A stretch of DNA of 64,000 nucleotides from Zygnema circumcarinatum SAG 698-1b (GCA_037447605.1 CM074823.1:62001-126000); one strand, 5' to 3'; counted from the stretch's first letter, positions 50,780 to 63,913 are shown. Numbers and translations: made by a program. The notes: a model not told the origin generated them from the letters alone.

Positions 50780-53259
50780 ATGGCGCGGTACGACCGGGCG
50801 ATCACGGTGTTCTCGCCGGACGGGCACCTCTTCCAGGTCGAGTACGCGTCCGAGGCCGTCCGCAAGGGCACCACCGCGCTCGCGCTGCGCGCCGACAAGG
50901 CCCTTGTGCTCGCCGTCGAGAAGAAGTCCACCGCCAAGCTGCAGGACTCCAGGCACGTCCCGCCCCCCCGCCCCGTTCAGGGTTCAGGGTCCATGATTCA
51001 ACAGGGTTCAGGGTTCACCAGGGTTCAGGGTTCAACAGGGTTCAGTGCTCAGCAGGGTTGAGGGTTGAACAGGGTTGAGCAGGGTTGAGCAGGGTTCAAG
51101 GTTCAGTAGGCAGGGATCAAGATGTAGGATTCAGCGTCCTAGGGATTCAAGATTCAGGATGCAGGGTTCAGGGTTCAAGATGTGGGAAACAAAATTAGGT
51201 TACTGAGTTCTGACGGTTCAGAACTCAGGGTTCAATATTCAATTCTCAGGAAACAAAGGTTAGGGTTCAGCGCTCAGCTTCCAGGATTCAGGAAGGTTCA
51301 ACATGCAGGGATGAAAATTTCGGGCTCAGGATTCAGTCGTAGTGTTTCAAGGTTCAAGGTTCAAATGCAGGGACGAAAGTTTCCAGTCCAGGTTGCCAAT
51401 TTCTGCGGATCAGGTTCAGGACTCAAACTTCAGTGTTGAAGCTGCCGGGCTTCAGACTTGAACCAGAAGGTTCAATTATGCTCTCTGATCATCTGAGCTT
51501 CAGGGCAGGGTCTGTCACTAGTTGGGGGGTTCAGAAATGAAGTGAAATCCCCTCCCCTCCCCCCCTTGTCGTCCCCTTAACCCCTGCAGGACGGTGCGCA
51601 AGATTCACCAGCTGGACGAGCACGTCTGTTTGGCCTTCGCGGGGCTGACCGCGGATGCGCGCGTGCTTGTGAACCGCGCTCGGGTGGAGTGTCAGAGCCA
51701 TCGGCTGACGGTCGAGGACCCCGTCACGGTGGAGTACATCGCACGCTACATCGCCGGCGTGCAGCAGAAGTACACGCAGGTGCATGCACACGCATGCATG
51801 CACCTCCTGTGTGTTGATGCATGGCATGTCATGGGGTCATGCATGTGCATGTGCATCTCTTCATGCATGCGACTGTGTGTTGATGCATGTCATGTGGGCA
51901 TGCATGTGCATCTATCTCTTCATGCATGTGGATGTGTTTACATATGTGCGATGTTTTTGTAATGTGTGGGTATGTGAATGCGAGTATTTGAATATATTTG
52001 GGGATATACAAGCATGTGGGTGTGTGCATGCATGTGCCCTGCATTCATGCACATACCCACATGTACATTCGCATGCGGTATGCATGCACATGCCAACACG
52101 CAATAGGGTTTGAAAACATGATCATCACACGAATCTGTGCGCGTGCTCGGCTGGAAAAGTGTGCTTATGCAGACATGCAGATGTTCAGAACTTGGAAACG
52201 AGTGTATATTTCAGTTTTTGCTGTCTTAAAGTCGTTCCTGCCTGCAACAATTGCCCACATCAGGAAACTCAATTTTTCTTATGGGGCTTTACAGAGTGGA
52301 GGTGTCCGGCCATTTGGCATTTCCACGCTCATTGTGGGATTCGATCCGTACACCTCCAAGCCATCACTGTATCAAACGGATCCTTCTGGAACATTCACCG
52401 CATGGAAAGCGAACGCCACTGGACGGAATTCAAAAACAGTACGCGAATTCTTGGAAAAAAATTATACGGAAACGAATGCAGAGGAAGCGATTAAACTGGC
52501 TGTGCGAGCTCTACTGGAGGTGGGTCCCACCTGACCTTGCCTCTAATTCATTCATTTGTTCCTTCCTTCGTTCAATAGGAGGTTTTAGACTTAGAAACGT
52601 TTCACACTTTTGGATTAAAAAACATTTCACCTTTCCCGCGAACTAAGTTGTCACGGCGAAGTGGAAACGTATTTCTTTCAAAACAAAGTTCATATCGATT
52701 TTTTCAAGTCTAAAATCCCCTCTCCATCTGACTGGATGAATCATTCATTCATCGACACTCGTGTTTTTGGGGTTGTCAATTGCAATCCATGGGCATCTCG
52801 TACTTTGTTGCTGACCTTCGCCTTTTATGTTTAGTCTTGTAAACGCCAAGTTCCTGATATCCTGGATCGAACGCATGGAAAAAACCAAAAACAAGCATAA
52901 CGCTGTTTATTCATCCATTTTCCCAAAGATGAGAGATGGAGATGAAAAAAGATGAAAATGATGAAGATAAGAGAAATGGAGAAGAAGAAGATGGAAAAAA
53001 AAAAAAAAAAAAAAGGGGATGAAAAAAAAAAGAAAAAAGAAAGAAAAAAAAAAGAAAAGAAACGAAATGAAGCAATGAAATGCTCGGTGTGGTGCAGGTG
53101 GTGGAGAGTGGAGGGAAGAACATAGAGGTGGCGGTGATGCTCCCCTCGGGGCTGCGTCAGCTCGCGGAGGCGGAGGTGGAGGCGGTCGTGGCAGGGATCG
53201 AGGCGGAGAAGGCGGCGGCAGAGGCCGCGAAGAAGGCTGGACAGCAGGAGAACCAATAG
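50780..53259 (+). CDS. PAD1: 20S proteasome subunit alpha-4 (alpha type-7); exons 50780-50952, 51590-51779, 52295-52519, 53098-53259
   Basis: [23 protein letters not shown]...[16 protein letters not shown]...[24 protein letters not shown]...[16 protein letters not shown]. Intron 1 has a GC donor (AG|GCACGT). Confidence 0.97.
50975..51470 (+). repeat. Decaying TTCAGGG/GGTTCAG telomere-variant array in PAD1 intron 1
   Basis: Near-perfect gttcagggttcaggg at the 5' end degrades into scattered ggttcag/ggattcag words. Confidence 0.8.
51780..52120. repeat. Alternating purine-pyrimidine (CATG/TGCA/TGTG)-rich low-complexity tract in PAD1 intron 2
   Basis: Read directly (tgcatgcacacgcatgcatgcac...). 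Confidence 0.85.
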
Positions 53260-54840
53260 GTGGAGAGAGAGAGAGAGAGAGGGAGAGAGAGAGAGCGAGA
53301 GAGAGCGAGAGAGAGAGGGAGAGAGGGGGAGAGGGAGAGAGTGAGAGTCACAGAGAGCGAGAGAGAGACGGGGAGAGGGAGAGGGAGTGCGAGTCAGAGG
53401 GAGTGAGAAAAGAGAGAGGAGAGAGACAGAGGTGGACAGTGAGGGAAGGAGAGGGAAGGAGAGGGAAGGAGGAAGAGGGACAAGGAAGGGGACAAAAGGG
53501 GAGAGGGAGAGGGAGCGAGAGAGGGAGGGGAGGCACGAGACAGAGGCGGACAGTGGGGGAAGAGGAGGAGAGAAAGGATGGGGGACGGAGGGCGAAAGGG
53601 AGAGGGAGCGAGAGGAGGAGTGCAGGGAGGAGCGAGGGGGTGGGAGGGGGGGGGGAAGTGAGAGAAGACTGGATGTATGTGTGTGAGACAGAGAGAGAAA
53701 GAGCGCGCGAAAGAGTGATGGGTGCGAGGAGGTGGGAGGAGAGAGGGAGAAAGGCCCTATTCAGTCACAGGAGGCTATTTTCGATGAAGCTCCTTGTCCA
53801 TATTGTTACTATTGTACTAATTTTTGTTTAGATTTTGCTCCGTGGAAGGGGCCTGTACCTCTTCCCTGTGAAATATGATTGGGATTCTATGCTGGAACGG
53901 AACTGACGTTCAGTTGCATGAACTGTGGGAAGCACTGCCTTCTTCGAGCACAATTTCATCCATAGCGGAATGACGTGTTATAAATATGCAGCAGTAATCA
54001 GAAAAGTAAACCCGATGATGACTTTAAGGACAGGGAAGGACTCAATGTGCAATGTTGAAGGCAATCAAAGTTACTTGTCAAATTGGGCGGTATTACATGT
54101 TTGATGTGTACGGCTCTGTACGTGTATGAGCGAGGGCAACAGAGTGGAAGAGGAAGAAGGAGAGAGGGAGGAAATGAGAGAGACACCGCTTGTTTATAAA
54201 AGTGAGGAAGTATCAAGTATAGAAACCCTATAACCCCTAAAGCCCCACAAGCCACAAGCCTGCAGATTCTGGGCCTTTCATTGGCCGCAAGCCCTTGCTA
54301 TTCAATCATAAACCGACAACGACAGAACACATAAGAAAAAAAACATATCAGTATGCAAAAGTGGGTTCCAACTGATTTCCGGACGGTCCGTACACATGGA
54401 AAGAGTGAGCACACTTTTCCCGAAATCGACGAGTGGAAAAAATCCCAAAATCGTCCACTACTTATTCCTGAGTTCCGCAGACCCAAAAAATGAAACCGCT
54501 CGATCACCTTAAGCCTTCCGTGATAGAACAGAAAAAAAAATGAACGAAAACTGCTCTATCTACACATAGGTAGGTATATTATTTTTTTCGCAAACCTCAA
54601 TAAAAAATTCCTGTTCTTCGACCAAACGTCTTTGGAAATGAAAAAGGAAAAAGACCCAAACGAGAAAAAAGGGGGATGCGACAAGGGACCTGCATGCAAA
54701 ACTGGTTTGCAACACGCCACCCCGAGTTTAAATCGAATCCCTCCCCCACCCTTCCCCCCCTATTCACCCCCCCTCCCCCCTTCCTCACCCCCCTCTCCTC
54801 CCTCTCCCTCCCACGCCTCTCCTCTACCACTCTCCTTCCC

Positions 54841-55653
54841 TCACAATTCTGCTGACGCCACCCCCTCTCCGGCTCCCCTCCCCCCACGTAGTGCATCTCC
54901 CACTTCCCTCCTCACTCTCTCCTTCTCTCTCGCCACTTTCCTCTCTGCCTCCTCCTTCTGCCAAGTCAGCAGCGTCCTCCACTTCTCATGCACACCCTGC
55001 CCCACTCGGCCTTTCATCCTCACTACCACCGCCTCCTCCCTGCTCCTCCTCCTCTCCCTCTCCCCCTCTCTCTTCTCCCTCTCCCTCCACACCCTCTCCT
55101 CATACCGCTTCATCCACGCCCTCCCCCTCTCTCCCCCACTCTGCTTTCCATCCTTTTCACTCTCCTTTTCATTCCCTCCTTCGTATTCCTTACTCTCCCC
55201 TGTCTCTTCAGTTTCTTCACCCTTCTCCCTTTCTTCATTTTCCTCCTCCCTCCTCTCTTCAGTTTCTTCACCCTTCTCCCTTTCTTCATTTTCCTCCTCT
55301 CTCCTCTCCTCCTCTCTCCTCTCCTCCTCTCTCCTCTCCTCCTCTCTCCTCTCCTCCTCCCTTCTCTCCTTCCCCCACCTCCCCTCCTCTCCTACTGAAC
55401 CAGTCACCATTCCCACACTCTTCTTCCCGGCAATTGTTTTCGAAAAATTTTCTGCCGCAAATAATTTCCGCACTACCACTGTTTTCCCCATCTCCCCCCC
55501 CTCCCCCTCCCCCTCCTCCTCCTCCTCCTCCGAAAACCCGATGCTATACCTCACTCTGCTCTTTATGCTGCTCGTGCTTCTGCTCGAACACTGAGGCGTG
55601 CTCTCCCACTCCTCAAGCAGAGGCGAGTTCGTCTCCGGAGCCAAATTTTCCAT
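54841..55653 (-). CDS. Hypothetical charged (Glu/Arg-rich) protein, probably starting MENLAPETNSPLL; may splice further downstream
   Basis: Long ORF with a non-repetitive N-terminal half and internal EEERR and duplicated EENEEREKGEETEE units. Donor/acceptor-like signals at ~56260-56320 and ~56650 suggest 5' UTR exons. No family recognised. Confidence 0.35.
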   Translation of the reverse strand: MENLAPETNSPLLEEWESTPQCSSRSTSSIKSRVRYSIGFSEEEEEEGEGEGGEMGKTVVVRKLFAAENFSKTIAGKKSVGMVTGSVGEEGRWGKERREEERREEERREEERREEERREEENEEREKGEETEERREEENEEREKGEETEETGESKEYEGGNEKESEKDGKQSGGERGRAWMKRYEERVWREREKREGERERRRSREEAVVVRMKGRVGQGVHEKWRTLLTWQKEEAERKVAREKERVRREVGDALRGGRGAGEGVASAEL

Positions 55654-57244
55654 TCGAATTAGAAGCCATTCGGGAGGCAAAATTTTCCCAAGCCATGAGG
55701 CAGTTTTGAAAAAAGATTCGGCGCTGATGCTGGGCGGCGACATGGCGGAAACTTGATCACATTAATTCGAATAAGCGAAAGTAATCGAGTCGGGAAAGAC
55801 TAGTTTGTTTCAGTTTGTTGCAAAAATCCTAACAATGTAAACGTAAGATTTGGTTCAATAACTTCTGCAAGAATGAAAAAGATGACGGGCAGGGTAGAAA
55901 AAAGGGCGTGAGCAAACCCTAAAACCTTCATAAGACAAATAATCCAAAGACCTGGAAAACTAAAAAAGAACCAACACCCGCAAAGCTTGGAAAGTTCGAA
56001 ACCAAGAAAAAACCCAAAACCCGAAACTCATATTTCCAAATACTCCAAAAAAAAATCCCTAAAATGAAAACAATGCAAACCACGAAAATATCAAAATATC
56101 AAAAAAGCCAAGCAAGCATAGACACCGTTCAAGAACGATGCAACTCCTAAACCACCCTAAACCCCAATAAAATAAAATAAATTGCAGAACCATTAAACCC
56201 AACAGCCGCATCCCGTTGAAGAGTCAGAGCTGGTCAACGCGAGGCAATCTCTCTCTCTCTCTCTCTCTCTCCCTCTCTCTTCTCGCGGGCCCTCACAAGA
56301 TGAAGCAAACACAGCGACACTGCAACCCAGCCTCCGCCCCAACCCTAGCTTCCAGCACAACGCACCTTCGTAATTCGGCAGCCTCCCCTCTCCCTCACTT
56401 TCTCTCTCCCTCCATCCCTCCCTCCCTTCTCACTCTCCCCCTTTCTCCCTCTCTCTCCTTTCCCCTTTTCTCTCCCTCCCTCTCTTTTCCCCCTCCCCCA
56501 CTTCCCTCTCTCTTTCACCCTTTCTCTCACCCTCGCTCTCACCCGATCTCTCACTCTCTCTCTCTCTCTCTCACACTCCTTCACACTCTCTCACTCCCTC
56601 TCCCTCACCCTCACCCTCTCTCCCGACCTGTTTCCCTCGCTCTCCCTCCCTACCCGGCCCGGCCCGGATCCACGGCCGCTGTGCGGGCACGTGTAAGGGT
56701 TCAGCGCCGCCCGTGCGCGCGGTCGGTGGAATCAGCCCTCCAGAATACGCGGAGCCAATCGCGTCGCGGTTCTCAAAATCACTCACCATTTCTCGATTCG
56801 GCTCGGACCCGACTTGACTCGTCGCCAAACACTGCTCGGGCGAGATTTGGCTCGGCCATCCACCGAACAAAATCTACAAAATTAACAAGTGTACGAGTCT
56901 TGATGATTCCGTACAGAGCCGTACCGAGCCAACACTGGTCACGAGTGAGTCAAATCGGTCGCGAGAATTACGACTCAAATTTATCTCGCCGGACGAGGCC
57001 GCGGCACAAACCGTCCAAAAACCGACCTGACGTCAAAACGAACTGCAATGACGCCACGCAGGGTTGTCGGGCAGCATTCGAACAACTCGGGCACCAAAAA
57101 AAGAAAAATCGTCCTCGTCCCACCCCATAATGCAGCAAATGATCACATTGAGGGATTCCTTAGTTTTTTTCGAAAAACTGGGGGGAAGCGCTTATCCGGG
57201 ATCGCTTTCTCTCTTTTTTAAACCTTCAACTTTAACCCCAGCAC

Positions 57245-57320
57245 CCTAATCCCAAGACCTTAAACCCTACACCCTAAACCTTCAACCCTAAACCCTAAAC
57301 CCTAAACCCTGAACCCTAAA
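57245..57320. repeat. Interstitial plant-type telomeric repeat (CCCTAAA)n just past the PUS7 stop
   Basis: ccctaaaccctaaaccctaaaccctgaaccctaaa at ~57286-57320, with degenerate copies upstream. Confidence 0.9.
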
Positions 57321-57337
57321 CTTCCCAAAAAAGCCTT

Positions 57338-58913
57338 TCACTCCGGCGCCTTCCCCTCCCCCCTCTCCTTCGCCGACGGGCCTCCTCCCATCTCATTCAT
57401 CGCTCGGTGGAACGCAACCTGCACATGAAACCCCCCAAAGAGAGAAAACTTAACTTTCAATTTACAACCTCACACTTTTACACCTTCACAATTCAGTCGT
57501 GTATCCACACACACCTCCCTTCATTTCCTCAAAAAAAACTAAAAAAACAAAGGGGAGAAACCCCCCTTCCCTCCCTCCCTCCCTCCCTCCCTCCCTCCTT
57601 ACCGATGACGGCGCCTTGGTGAGTTCTCTGACGGCCATGGTCGCATAGCTCGAGGGAGGCAGCACGAAGCCGATCTGCAGGGCCGTGTACGCTCCCAAGG
57701 AGGGCGTTCCATGCTCGCCCGTTCCGTTATTAGGGTTTTTCGGACCCTCCGTTTCCCCCTCCGGCGCGGGTTCGATCCCCGCCGTCGCCGCGTCGGCCTG
57801 CGCCTCTTTAGGGGTTTTGAGGGGTTTGGAAATAATGCGATCGAGGTCGGTCTGCACGAGGGGCTTTGTCACGTCGTCGTATTTCAAAATTTTCCTGAAG
57901 GAAAGGGGAGGGAGGGAGGAAGCTCAGGTGGTCAAGTTTGCGGCCATGATACGAAAGCAGGGAGGGAGGGGGGGAAGGGGAGGGAGGGAGAGGGGGGGAG
58001 GAGGAGGGAGGGAGGGAGGGAGGGAGAGGGGAGGGAGGGAGGGAGGGGGGGAGGAGGAGGGAGGGGAGGGAGGGAGGGAGGGGGGGAGGGAGGGAAGGAG
58101 GGGGAGGGGAGAGGGAGGGAGAGGGAGGGAGGGTGGGGACAGAGGGGAGGGAGGGAGTGGGGGAAGGAGGGAGGGAGGGAGGGAGGGAGAGGGGGAGGGA
58201 GGGGGGGAGGGAGGGATGGAGGGAGGGAGGGAGGGAGGGGAGAGAGGGGAGGGAGGGAGAGAGGGCAGGGAGGGAGAGGGGGAGGGAGGGGGGAGAGGAA
58301 GGGGAGAGAGGGAAGGGAGGGAGTGGGGGACGGAGGGAGGGAAGGAGGGAGGGAGAGGGGGGAGGGAGGGAGGGAGGGTGGGACGGGGGGAGGGAGGGAG
58401 GGAGGAACGGGGGTAGGGAGGGAGGGAGGGAGGGAGGGAGGGAGGGAGTGGGGGAGAGGAGGAAAGGAGAAGGGTGAGGGAAGGGAGGGAGGGAGGGAGG
58501 AAGAGGGGGAGGGAGGGAGAGGAGGGAGGGAGGGAGGGAGGGATCACCAGTGGCAGTGTTGCGGTTTAACAAGGAGGCGGCGATAGTCCCCTGAGAGCCG
58601 CTCCACGGAATACTCCCTGAGAGCGCTCATTTCAGGTTAGCTCTCCCTCTTTCCCTCCATAACATGCTATGATGCATCGATTCATTGAAATTTTTGATAC
58701 GAAGCAAATGCGGAATGCTGGAAGGAAACCAAAGGACCTGCTCCAAAAAACAGGCTTGAAATTTTGTTCCTTATAAATTTTCTCACTTGACACTGTGCTT
58801 GCAGCTGTGGAGGTCGATCCCTTCCTGGAAAAAAGGAGAAAGGAGAAAAACAGAAGGAAAAGTAAAGGGAAAGAAGAGAGAGGGAGAGGGAGAGTGGGAG
58901 AGCGCGAGAGTAG

Positions 58914-58984
<71 letters not shown>

Positions 58985-60987
58985 TTGCTGCAAGAGAGCG
59001 GTATATGTCCGCTACGTCATTGGCAGGATATATTATGGAGCCGCTGCCCACCCTCCCCATAGCAAACTCTTTCTCAAATCAATAACAAAATAAGGTGAAA
59101 GGAAGAAATGAAAACCAAAACAACATTGTGAACACAATTTTTTTCGCTTTCACGAAGAATTTTTATTTGCGGCGGTGCCCCCACGAACCAAAAAACGAAA
59201 AAAAGTCTTCTCCAACACGACCTTTTCTTTCCACCGAATCTCTATTAAATCCTTCTCCCCCTTCCTTTAAATTTTTTTTTTTTTTTTCCGGGCAGACACA
59301 GACCCGGGCAGCGGAAGCAGCACGTCGTCGATCGAATATTTTTGGGCCTCCGCGTCCTCCTTCGTCACATGCTGCAAAAATTGAAAAAAATTTAAAAACT
59401 AAAACGGAAAATTGTATAACAAGAAGGTCATCATGCATCATGGAAGCGTTTGAACAAAAAACCAATACAGTCAAAATTCGTTCCGTTCCGAACAACAGAT
59501 TTCTGTTATTTTCGCACCTTCACATGGAAACGCCCACCGTTCCGTAAATCGATATCGGCCCCGTCATCTCCCGCAGATAGAAGCACCTCCTCCATTGGGT
59601 CTGCCAATTGGCGGGGGGACGCGTGTGAGAGGGAGAGGGAGGGAGGGAGGAAGGGAGGGAGGGAGGGAAAGAGAGAGAGAGAGGGGGTTCCCAAGGGTAG
59701 GAGAGGGAGGGAGGGAGGCAGGGAGAGGGAGAGGAAGATGGAGGTGGGGTGGTTGACATGGAGGGAGAGGAACAGGGAGAGAGAGAGGGAGACGTTGAAA
59801 GAGGAGAGGGAGGGAGAGGTTGAGGGAGAGGGAGGGAGAGGGGAGGGAGGGCGAGAGGGACAGGAATGGTGAGGGAGCGGGCAAAAGGGAGGAAGTGGAC
59901 AAGGGAGAAGTGAAAGGGTAGTGGACAGGGTGGAGGGAGAGGGAGAGGTTGTGGGAGGGAGAGATTGTGTTGAAAGGTTTATCTCTGCGCCCACGCCCTC
60001 ACCCTCTCTTCCTCCTCTCGCTCCCTCGCCCTCTGTCTCTCTCTCCATCTCTATCCCCCTTACCCGTTCCACTATTTCTTCTTTCCATCCCTCTCTCCCT
60101 CTTTCTCTCCCTCCTCTCTCCCTCTCTCTTACTCTCCCTCTCTTCCTCTCCCTCTCTTCCTCTCCCTCGCTCTCTCCCTCTCCCACTCTCTCAACCCTTC
60201 CGCAGGCAGCAGGCACACCTGCGCGGCTTTCAGTGGCCTCCTCCTCCGCATAGACGAGGTCTCCCTCCACCGCCGACTTGGAACCTGCACCGTTCAAGTA
60301 CGAAAATAACAAATAACAGAACGAATAAAAAATAATATAAATAATTTCGTATCCATCCAGTAGTTAACCAAAGTATGACTACAAACAGATAAATTACTTC
60401 GCCCTTGACTATTACCTTTTCTCGCTTTCCGTTCTTCCACTGTTTCCCTTACCGTATTGTTTGATGCGGTGGGAGGCAGCGCTGTTCCATAGGAAGCTCT
60501 GGTAGCTGTGCACATACCTGCCATGAAAGAGAGAGCGAAAAAGAGAGAGAGAGAGAGTGAGAGAGAGAGTGTGAGAGAGGGAGAGGGAGAGGGGGAGAGA
60601 GAGAGATAGTGAGAGAGAGTGTGAGTGAGAGAGAGGGAGAGGGAGAGGGGGAGAAAGAGAGAGTGAGAGAGACTGTGAGGGACAGGGGGAGGGAGAGAGG
60701 GAGAGAGAGAGAGAGAGTGAGTGAGAGAGAGGGAGAGGGAGAGGAGGAGAGGGAGAGAGAGTGAGAGAGTGTGAGTGAGAGAGAGGGAGAGGGAGAGAGA
60801 GAGAGTGGGAGAGAGAGTCTGACATCATCCTCAGCGTCCGCGGGATGCAGCCGAGTGCTTGCACCATGTTGGTTGTGTCACGTCGCAGGCCCTCCAGCTG
60901 CCACGTGGCAAAACAAAGGAAAGCACCTGAGCAACCAGTCACGCTTTGGCACGTGGCACGCAGCTGGCCTCTCCTCTTCCCCACCCG

Positions 60988-61021
<34 letters not shown>

Positions 61022-63913
61022 GAGCCCTCTCACTCCCCCTCTCTCCCGCACTCCTAACCCCTTACACCCTAAAATCCCGAGAACCTTACAACCCTAGAAA
61101 CTCTACGAAACCTTAAAAAAACTTTAACCCACAACAAATTCGACACCCCAAACCTAAAACCATAAACCCCAAATGAACTGAAAGAACTATAAGCTTAGAA
61201 ACAATAAGTGCCCTAGAAACAAAAAAGCATAAGCGATGCAAACCCTAATAAAGGGATTTTTGGGATTTAAAATCTCGAATGGGATTTGCTTGTTTACCAC
61301 AGCGCATTCAGCCACCAGCTGACGTGGCATCTTGCCAAGTGTCGCCTCCGGATTGCGCGATTCCGCCCAAATTTTTCGCGCTTCCGCTGCATCTTCTCGC
61401 TGATGTGGCATCGTAAAAATTTATCGTTTAAAGTCAAGGGTATTCCTCATTACTTATTCTTTTTTTCTTCTTTTAAAGCTCCAAAACATCGAGCCTATAC
61501 GCTTCTTCTCCTGAAGCTATGAGAATCCAAACGAACTTAAAATCTAAAGTTTGTGGATGGAGAGAGAGAAAGAGAAAAAGAAAGAGAGAGAGAGAGAGAA
61601 AAAGAAAGAGAGAGAGAGAAAAAGAAAGAGAGAGAGAGGGAGAAAGAGAGTGAGAGAGAGGGAGAGAGAGAGAGGAAGAGAGAGAGAGGAAGAGAGAGAG
61701 AGAGAGGGGGAGAGAGAGAGATAAAGAGAGAAAGAAAGAGAGAGAGAGGAAGAGAGAGGGAGAGAGGAAGAGAGAGGAGGAGGGGGAGAGTGGGAGAGAA
61801 AGAGAGAAAGAACGAGAGAGAGAGGGAGAGAGAGTGAGAGCGAGAGAGAGAGAGATAGAGAGAGAGAGAGGGGAGGTAGATATCTTCATCTCCGGGGTTC
61901 AGAATTAGGTCAACCGCCGCCTCCCACTCTCCTCTTAAAAGTGCCGCTCCGATTGCGTGAGTCGGAACGGAACGGGCTCCAAATCTCTGTTCATGTAAAT
62001 CGATTTCNNNNNNNNNNTCAAAATTCAGAATTTAAAAGCAAGCGAAGATCAAAAGCAGCAAACTCACAAACTAGGAATTCAAGAAACATGAAAACCAAGT
62101 TCATTAGTGAGTCCACCCAATACCCCATTTAGACACCTGAAGGCCGAAATAATTGATAAATCCGCCGGTTTTCAGCCCCTCTGCAGCCGCCAATATTATC
62201 GATTCGTTCTCGGCTTCGACTCCCCTACACAAAAAACATTTAAAAAAAAATTGGGTTTCCCTCTCTCTCCCTCTCTCTCCCTCTCTTTCCCTCTCTCTCC
62301 CTCTCTCTTCCTCCCTCTCCGTCTCTCTCATTCTCTCTCGCTCGTGATAACAAAAAAGAATAACTTATTCCTTTTCCCCTTCAGACTGCAAAGGACAATT
62401 TGTTTTTGCCATACCGAAGAGTGACAATGAATGAGTTTCCGCCAAGCTGCCCCAAAATTATTGGCTCCTCCACATATCTGCATACAAATCAGAAAACGGA
62501 GGGGGGAGATTGATGAGGAGAGAGCGAGTGGGCGAGAGTGAGTGAGAGTGAGCGAGGGGGAGAGAGAGAGAGAAAGAAGAAGAGAGAGAGAGAGAGAGAG
62601 AGCAAGAGAGAGAGAGAGAGAGAAGAGAGAGGAAAGGAATAGAGAGGGGACGGAGGAGAGTGGAGAGAGGAGAGAGGAGAGAGGAGAGGAGAGAAGAGAC
62701 GAGAGTGAGGGGAGAGATGAGAGAGGAGAAGAGAGAGAGAGAAAAAGAGAGTGAGAGGGAGAGAACGGAACTGAAAGTCGCCCACACGGATATTGTAAAG
62801 GCGGCTGTTCAAAGCCGCCACTCTTTCCGCCGACTGCCCGAAAACGGTAACCTGCAAGAGCGCCGAGTCGGCCATGGAAGTACTTATTCTTATTTCTCTT
62901 CCTATTGTGACCTAAACTGAGGTCATTCTTAAAACGAGAGGAGTGTAAGAATGGGCAGTTGAGACAATTAAGAATTGGAAAAAAAAACGAAATTTGGAGA
63001 AGGGGGGGGGGGAGAAGGGGGGCTGTATACTCGCTGAACGGTGATCGCTCGTTTGTCTTTTGTGCCGGAAAATCCGAACGACTTTGTCTGCATACAAAGA
63101 TAGACCCCAAAAAGAGGTCAAAGTGAGTATGTCCACCGGTAGCCGCATAATATCAATTCTTTTTATCTCAAGTAAGCTTAGAATAGGAGAAGGGTTTTTC
63201 ATTCTCTAAAGCCTGTAAGAAATTGTTGCCAGTTTGATCCCCGGGAAACAAAAATTTTGCATTCCTGCCCCTTCCTTTCCCCCTTCCCCCTTCCTGTCTC
63301 CCTCTCCCTCTCCCACTCCATCCCCCTCTTCCCCTCTCCGCCCCTCCCTCCCTCAGCCCCTCCCTCTATATCTCTCCCTCTCGCTCCCTCTCTGTCTCTG
63401 TCTCTCTCCCTCGCTCTCTCTCTCGCTCTCTCTCTCTCTCTCACTCTCTCCTCACCTGCACGCCGAGTAGGCGCGCCACAATGCCGACAGCGTGCTGCGT
63501 GTCCACATTCTCTTTGTACAAATGCAACCTGCCGCCGGACACAGGGAGAGATACTGCATTCAGGCAGAGGGAGAGAGAGAAAGCGAAAGAGAGAGAGAGA
63601 GAGCGAAAAAGAGAGAGAGAGGGAGAGGAGGGAGGGAGAGGGCAAAACCCAACTGGAGATAGGCCCCGCCTTCCCGCTTCTGCCGCTTCCCTCTGTAGTC
63701 TCCTCCTCCTCCTCGCTCCTCCCTCTCCCCTCTCCCTCTCCTCCCTCTCCTCCCTCCCCCCCCTCCCTCGTCCCCCTTAAAGAGAGCATCCCCTCCCCCC
63801 TCTCTCTTCCCCAAAAGTCGTGCGCGCACCGCCCTGAAGGGATGGCCCGCGGCCGCGTCCAAAGTGTCTGTTGCTGCGGACGGAAAGCGGCGCTTGAAGA
63901 ACATGTGCAAACC
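57338..63913 (-). CDS. PUS7: Pseudouridine synthase 7 (TruD family), at least 18 exons, 5' part beyond window end
   Basis: LHLYKENVDTQHAV..SFGFSGTKDKRAITVQRVTV..LGQLGGNSFIVTLR..GFINYFGLQRFG..THAIGAALLRGEWEAAVDLIL..MYVHSYQSFLWNSAASHRI..YSIDDVLLPLPG..LSGDYRRLLVKP..LQIGFVLPPSSYATMAVRELTK; stop at 57340-57338. Confidence 0.95.
57960..58541. repeat. Degenerate (GGGA)n tract in a PUS7 intron (C-rich on the sense strand)
   Basis: Read directly. Confidence 0.95.
61405..61883 (-). other. Probable U12-type AT-AC intron in PUS7 (479 nt)
   Basis: 5' end GAAG|ATATCTAC, branch-like CCCTTGAC at 61440-61433, 3' end GCCAC|ATCAGCGA. Of the visible junction options, only this one keeps the TruD frame (NPGDE-D-QREDAAEARKIW). 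Confidence 0.75.

Noticed and set aside
61395-61404. Conventional CAG acceptor for the PUS7 intron at 61400
   Set aside because: It needs a phase-0 GT/GC donor, and none follows the upstream exon before the CT tract.
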